Source: Eledone cirrhosa
Lineage: Eukaryota
Assembly (NCBI GenBank): GCA_964016885.1
Contig: OZ024750.1
Location: forward strand, 5,270,001 to 5,334,000
Length of the DNA stretch: 64,000 nt
Reading direction: 5' to 3'
Positions 63,101 through 64,000 of the stretch are shown piece after piece. Both the position numbers and the translations under genes were made by a program. Every line of letters starts with the position of its first letter. Within the stretch, counting starts at the first letter, position 1. Below the pieces are notes generated by a model. The model had not been told where the DNA came from. It saw only the letters and a program-made list of their open reading frames with translations, and did not search any database.

Positions 63101-64000
63101 GATAGAAAGTTTTTGAAGACCTACCTTCCCTTACATACAAAGTTAAACCTACAGTCAGTAGGCACCTCTTAACCAAATATACACCCCCAACCTCCCACCA
63201 ACACCACCCCTTTCTCTGTATTGGTACCACAGAACATCCAGTCCAAACTAAATAGGTTGTGTAGATGTCACGACAAAAAGCACCCAGTCTACACTGTAAA
63301 TGTGGTTGGTGTTAGGAAGGACATCCAGCCGAAGAAAACCTGACAGATAGTCCTATATGAGCGAGACACGGTCACTCGATCATTCTTGCCTCAAGTGGGA
63401 CAATTCCCATCTAACCCATGCTAGCGTGGAAGATAGACATTAAACGATGATGATAATCACTTTAAAACAAGCAGTTTTGTATAGTGAAACAGGGTCAGTT
63501 CCAAGCATTAGAAAATATTCAAACACCGCCACCACAACCATCGCTCTCTCTATCAGCATTTTCTTTCCATAAAGACGTGAGAACAATTTGTCTTTAATAA
63601 TAATTCTTTCTGACCTTAGAACAAGGCCAAAAATAGTTATATGGTGCCATAAACCCCAAAACGAAAGAATTGTTCATAGGTACAATTAAGGCATAAGAGA
63701 TGAATGAAAAAAGATTGAAAAAAAAAGTCAAAACAGAAAGCTTTTAAAATAAGAATGCTAGGACAGTGTAGAACATAATGTGTTTGATCCAAAACTCTGA
63801 CATTTCTTTAACAACTTTGTTTGTTTCTATATATACATGTATATATAGCATGTATGTATATATTTCTATATACATGTGATCTCTACGCATTTCAGTGTTT
63901 CCACAAATCATAGGTACAAAATTTGACCTTACCATCTTTTGTGTATTTTATGGAGATATCAACTTACTACATCACATTTTTACAATTGAAAAGGCATCCA

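Overview
AT-rich, microsatellite- and SINE-dense animal genomic DNA. The [16 protein letters not shown]-type zinc-finger array and the SINE families suggest an octopod cephalopod (inference). Four host genes are readable by hand with phase-consistent GT-AG introns: the last six coding exons of an alpha-L-fucosidase (GH29, +, 1548-10173), a single-coding-exon 24-finger C2H2 gene (+, 17280-19361), a complete 399-aa hydroxylysine kinase-like gene (-, 21057-25929) and seven exons of RNase H2 subunit A (-, 46781-51851; first coding exon not found in the window). Mobile DNA includes a TIR/TSD-bounded Merlin (IS1595-like) transposon, a near-intact CR1-type LINE, Tx1 and RTE fragments, a solo LTR, Tc1/mariner and Tigger-like MITEs, many tRNA-derived SINEs, several minisatellites and a SINE-bounded 5-kb tandem duplication. 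The most interesting signals are: (1) the Merlin element carries what looks like the first coding exon of RMND5/GID2 as cargo; (2) several unrelated type I hammerhead ribozyme motifs with palindromic stem III lie between 28 and 43.5 kb, one in the loop of a long foldback element and one duplicated in tandem; (3) the CR1 LINE has an ATG-less ORF2 reached by a G_GGA_AAC slippery site at the ORF1 stop; (4) the zinc-finger array is a 10-finger block duplication whose changes cluster in the recognition helices. All homology calls are by eye and no searches were run.
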